DNA of 64,000 bases, taken from contig OZ038378.1 in the NCBI GenBank assembly GCA_964036045.1, positions 187,922,001 to 187,986,000 of the forward strand, given 5' to 3'. How positions within the stretch are numbered: the stretch's first letter is position 1; each line of letters begins with the position of its first letter. The DNA is from Eutreptiella sp. 'Long Island Sound 2002' (lineage: Eukaryota; Protista; Euglenida). The translations under genes were made by a program, and so were the position numbers. Under the pieces are notes generated by a model. The model saw only the letters and a list, made by a program, of their open reading frames with translations, was not told the DNA's origin and did no database searches. This document shows positions 60,089 to 64,000 of this stretch, piece by piece.

Positions 60089-60496
60089 GCTGTGTTTGCG
60101 AGCTACGGCCCGTACACGCACATGTCGCTTGTGAACGAGATCTCGGGCATCCCGATCGGCCCCGACGCGGAGGTCGACCGGAAGAAGGCGCTGGGGTTGG
60201 TGGTGTTCGAGCGGCAGGCCGGCGCGGAGGCCGCGCTGCGGGGGTGCCGCGGCACCGCCATCACCGCCGTGGACTGCACGTCCAAACAGTACGTGACCAT
60301 CCAGACGGCGGTGGTCAAGTACACGCTGCGCCGCGCGCAGACCGTTGAGCTGGAGCAGAAGGCGAAGGCCGCGGTGCAGGCGACCGGCAAACTGATCACG
60401 GACAAGTTCAACAAGGCCAAGAGCAGCGTCACCAGCGGCTTCTCCAAAGCGTTCGGCGGCCCCAGCATCTCCAAAGTGTTTGGGAAGAAGAATTGA
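60089..60496 (+). CDS. SAC9: SAC9-like exon 6, with RRM-like domain and basic tail
   Basis: AG at 60087-88; DCVQ|AVFASYGPYTHMSL...KALGLVVFE...AEAAL; stop TGA. About 1,043 aa in total from ATG 45392. Confidence 0.8.
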   Translation, partial: AVFASYGPYTHMSLVNEISGIPIGPDAEVDRKKALGLVVFERQAGAEAALRGCRGTAITAVDCTSKQYVTIQTAVVKYTLRRAQTVELEQKAKAAVQATGKLITDKFNKAKSSVTSGFSKAFGGPSISKVFGKKN

Positions 60497-63339
60497 GGGT
60501 TTTCTGACGGGGGGTCGGGGGGGGGGGGTCCTGAGTGTCCATTTTTTTTACCTATTTGCAAAAGGCGCCGGGGGTGGGGTTTCGGCAAGCCTTTTGGGGG
60601 CGTACCGTGCGCTGTGCGCGCGCTGTGCGAAAAGTTGGCTGTTCTCCACCACCGGGAGTTCGGTAAGTTCAGAAGCTTGAAAGGACGTCATTGAATGGCT
60701 GCTGCAGTGGACGGGGCTACAGGGGGCAGAATTTAGGTCCCTGGGACCCATGGCAAGCATCAGATGTTTGAATTTTTGAGGTTTGAATTGATTGTGCATG
60801 ATTCCGCAGGTGGGTGGTTTTCAGGGTTGTTACCTGGATAATCACCGTAATAATTGGCGCTGTGCCCGCGCTGTGCCCGCGCTGTGCGAGCGCTGTGCGA
60901 AAACGCCCCCTTTCTCTCATTCTTGTGGCTGCATGTGCTGCCTGTTGTGCTGGTTGTCTCACCACCACCGCCGCCGCTGCTGCCGCCACCGCCACCAGCA
61001 CCACCACCACCCGCGTGATGGCTCACACGCCACCATACGGGGGGGGGGGGGGGCATGGGGGTGCAGAAAGGCGAAGGTGGAGACACAGAGGGGGCGCAGG
61101 GAGGGGCACAGGGAGGGGCAGAGGCACTGTGCCACTTTGAACTGGCCTGTGAAGCGAGTGGTAGAGATAGGCCCGTGACTTCGTTGCTTGCCTCGAAGAT
61201 TTCCGACGACAACGTCTCCAATGCCACGGGAGGCGGGGGGGGGCGGGGGGTTGTCTCTAGTATCAAGCCGCACCTCAGGCTCCAGCATGGCCCTCCCCGG
61301 GTGATGGATCCGCTGCCGGTCCCGGACTGAGGAGTCCACAGGGGCCCGAAGGAAATTTTGTCCGTGGCTGCCTACAGCACCTCATTGCTCGCCACTTTGG
61401 GCTCCAATGCCTCCCCCGCTTTGGGGACTCCGGAGACGGCAGGGGTGATGTAGCCCCCCCCCCCCCCAACCACCCACAGAGGGGCTTCCCACCAACGGTT
61501 CGTTTCTTTTGGGGGATTACTTCGCGTCAGGACCCCCCCCCCCCCAATGTACAAGAATTTTGCACAAAGGTCCTCTTCTGAGTGTGGGCGTGCGCGTTGC
61601 GTAGAGGGCGTGCGAGACCATGAACTCCATCTTTGCAGTCCCCTCTGTCGCTCTGTGCCCAGGCCTCTCCCTACGGTCCGGGCAGCATTGGGGCTGAGGC
61701 CGGGCGGAGGAAGTGTCGGGACAGACCCGAAGAGGGGCCCTGCACAGTGCCCCTGCCTCGAGGCCCTCGAGGACCTTCCAGCCCCAGGGCCCCAGGCGGA
61801 CCCTGCCGCACATGACCTCCATCGGGCGGACCTGGAGGTCGTATCTGCCCGGGCCTCAGGGAGAAGCCTGGGACGGTGGAAAATGTTTTTGTCAGGGGGG
61901 CGAGGGCGAGGAGCGGGGGGGGGGGGGGGCAGAAAGGGGCTCCTTCGGCCCGGCCTTTGTGAAAGATTTTTGTTTGGAAAAGGGGGTGTGTGAGAGAAAG
62001 GGGCCTCTTTTGGCAGCCTGCCCGAAGGGCCCCTGCCAAAGGGGGGGGAGGGTTGGGAAAGGGGCTCCTTGCCCCCCCCCCCCCCCGGGACATTTATTCC
62101 CCCACCCGCCCCCTGTCCGTCACCGCACGGCCAATCCACAGCCTGAACCCGCGGCGCCACCTCTTGAATGTCGGGCACTTGGCGGCACCTTGGCACCTTC
62201 TCCACCAGTCATCTGAGGAACCACGCGATCAATCACGTCAACGCGCGCGTCTCGGTACTGATGCATCTTTTCTGGCAACGGACCCCACGATGGACCGGTG
62301 ACAGTTGAGCGTTGCAAGGGCGAGGACTTGGCGCGGCGGGCGCGCGGCGCACCTCTGCGGGCCGCGGGGGGCTTTGTTGAGTTCACGGGAGGCCTGGGGG
62401 GGATGCGTGTGGTAATGGAGTTGCCACTACGAGTGCGCCTCCGGGGGGTTGGGGGCTGGGATGTCACCGATGTGCAATGCAGTGCGTCAGGAGGTAAACA
62501 CAAGTCCGGTCTTCGGGTGTATTGGTCCCTGATTGTTAGCCAAACGTCAACCCGACACCTGCTCCACGGGCCAGCCCGGCGGGAGTGGAAGGAGCGCGGG
62601 CACTAATCCGCCCGTTCCGGGGAGCGCCGATGCCAAAGGGGCGTGTGGCGCAGGCACTCCTCCAAAGAGTACTCCCCACGACAATCCCCCGCCTCCCGGA
62701 CGATGCGGCCACAGAAGTCGCTGCAGGAGAGATGTGCTTTGCCGCTGCAGGCACTGCACTTCGTTGCGTGACAGTGATGTGCTTGTCATGTACCATTGGA
62801 CGGACGCGCTGATGATGAAGGATCCGGGCCCCCATCCCGGGTGCTTGATCTCGCCCTCCCCACTGGCTTGTACATACCCCCTGTATCCCAAACAGGACAG
62901 AGATGGCGACGGTTAAAGATGATCCTCAACACTGGCCACACCTGCGGAGGGGGTCCCCCCCCCCCCCCCAAACCCCAACCCTCAGACACTGTTAGTTGGT
63001 GGGGCGGTCACAGCCAAACTGCACGGGGTCCCCCCCCCCCCCCCCCGACAGTCGCACTCCCTTCTTCAGACTGGACTTGGGTTGGCCACTGACCTCCTTA
63101 CGCTGCCCCCGACACTCGTGTCCTCCCGCACGAGCCTCTGAGCCCGAACGAGACTTGGTGGTCGTACTGCGCATTGATCTGGCCCGCCCGCCGACTCCAA
63201 TTCCACCGTCTCTTTGAGGCATAACCCCCCCCCCCCCCCCGCCACCCCCCTGTCCAATGGGCAATGAAGTGGTGGGCGTTCGCAGGACAAATATGGCCAA
63301 TGGGGACCAGGCCATTGCTTCGTGGGCAAAGTACAGAGG

Positions 63340-63480
63340 GTCAGTTGGCCAAAAAAAGTTTGTGTACCTAAAATCGGCCTCAAATTTCCGGCCCGTTTGA
63401 TAAATTTTGTTTTTTGCCGGAACAAAAATTTTCTGATGTTGGTGGGTGGGTGGGTGGGCCGGGGGCTGGCCAGGGCCCCA
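63340..63480 (+). repeat. Member of an abundant dispersed repeat family (related copies at about 36630-36720, 52275-52330 and 59900-60000; reverse-strand copies at about 37310-37420 and 57690-57790)
   Basis: Shared AAAGTTTGTGT(A/G)C...AAAAT(C/G)G core with adjacent T-rich tract and GGGTGGGTGGG/G-runs. Confidence 0.65.
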
Positions 63481-64000
63481 AACAACCTCCACCCCCCCCC
63501 CCCCCCCCGAGTCACCAAGCAATGGCCTGATGGGGACGCTGGTGCGCACGCATTGCAAAGTGTTCATACGATCGCATTTACCGAGCCCCTCTTTCAAGCC
63601 TCACTCTGCCCTGGGTATACACCCGTGTCATGGGTTATGGGGAGATGAGGATGCCTCCAGAGCAGATGGTAACAAATATGTTTGGGTGCACTTTTCTGTG
63701 CTTCCGGGAGGTCATGGTTGTCAATACTACGTGGGCAGGCATGTATTAGAACGGCCGTACACCGTAGGACCCCCCCCCCCCCCCCTGGACCCCCCACCTG
63801 CCCTTCCAATGTTTGAGGCGGACGGCCAAAATTTTGCTTCGACGCCTTTGGCGCCAGGAGGATTTAAGCTGAAAAGTTTTGGGCCTGCCTTCGGCGGGGA
63901 CCATAGGGGGACCCAAGGAGGAGGGGTGTCCCAGCCACCCCCCCCCCCCCCCCTTTCAGAACCCCCCTTCCCACCTTCTAATACATCCCTGCACGTGGGT

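Noticed and set aside
1-64000. rRNA, tRNA or snRNA genes
   Set aside because: None recognised by eye; a tRNAscan/Infernal run would be needed to exclude them.

Overview
Repeat-dense eukaryotic nuclear DNA. The VIPER/TATE-like retroelement and GC-rich exons with GT-AG introns suggest a euglenozoan protist, but this is inference. Two host genes can be rebuilt on the + strand: a GH37 trehalase (3 exons, 23318-36555) and a SAC9-type phosphoinositide phosphatase with a C-terminal RRM-like domain (6 exons, 45380-60496). Most other sequence is mobile DNA: two degenerate L1/Tx1-like LINEs (one ending in an RNase HI domain), a degenerate tyrosine-recombinase retrotransposon with split direct repeats (5381-10348), five GGGGG...CCCCC non-autonomous DNA transposons with 3-bp TSDs, further MITE-like elements and 2A-like motifs. 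The most interesting object is an apparently intact 6.5-kb TIR transposon in trehalase intron 2 (28658-35178; 25-bp TIRs, TTTCT TSD). It encodes a DDE-type transposase and a 5-exon 743-aa protein whose N-terminal domain resembles ParB/Srx by eye. It also carries nine copies of an 18-bp palindrome (TGGGCACTGCAGTGCCCA) that I did not see elsewhere in the window, which suggests a ParB/parS-like module inside a eukaryotic transposon. All domain calls are from visual motif matching; no database search was run.
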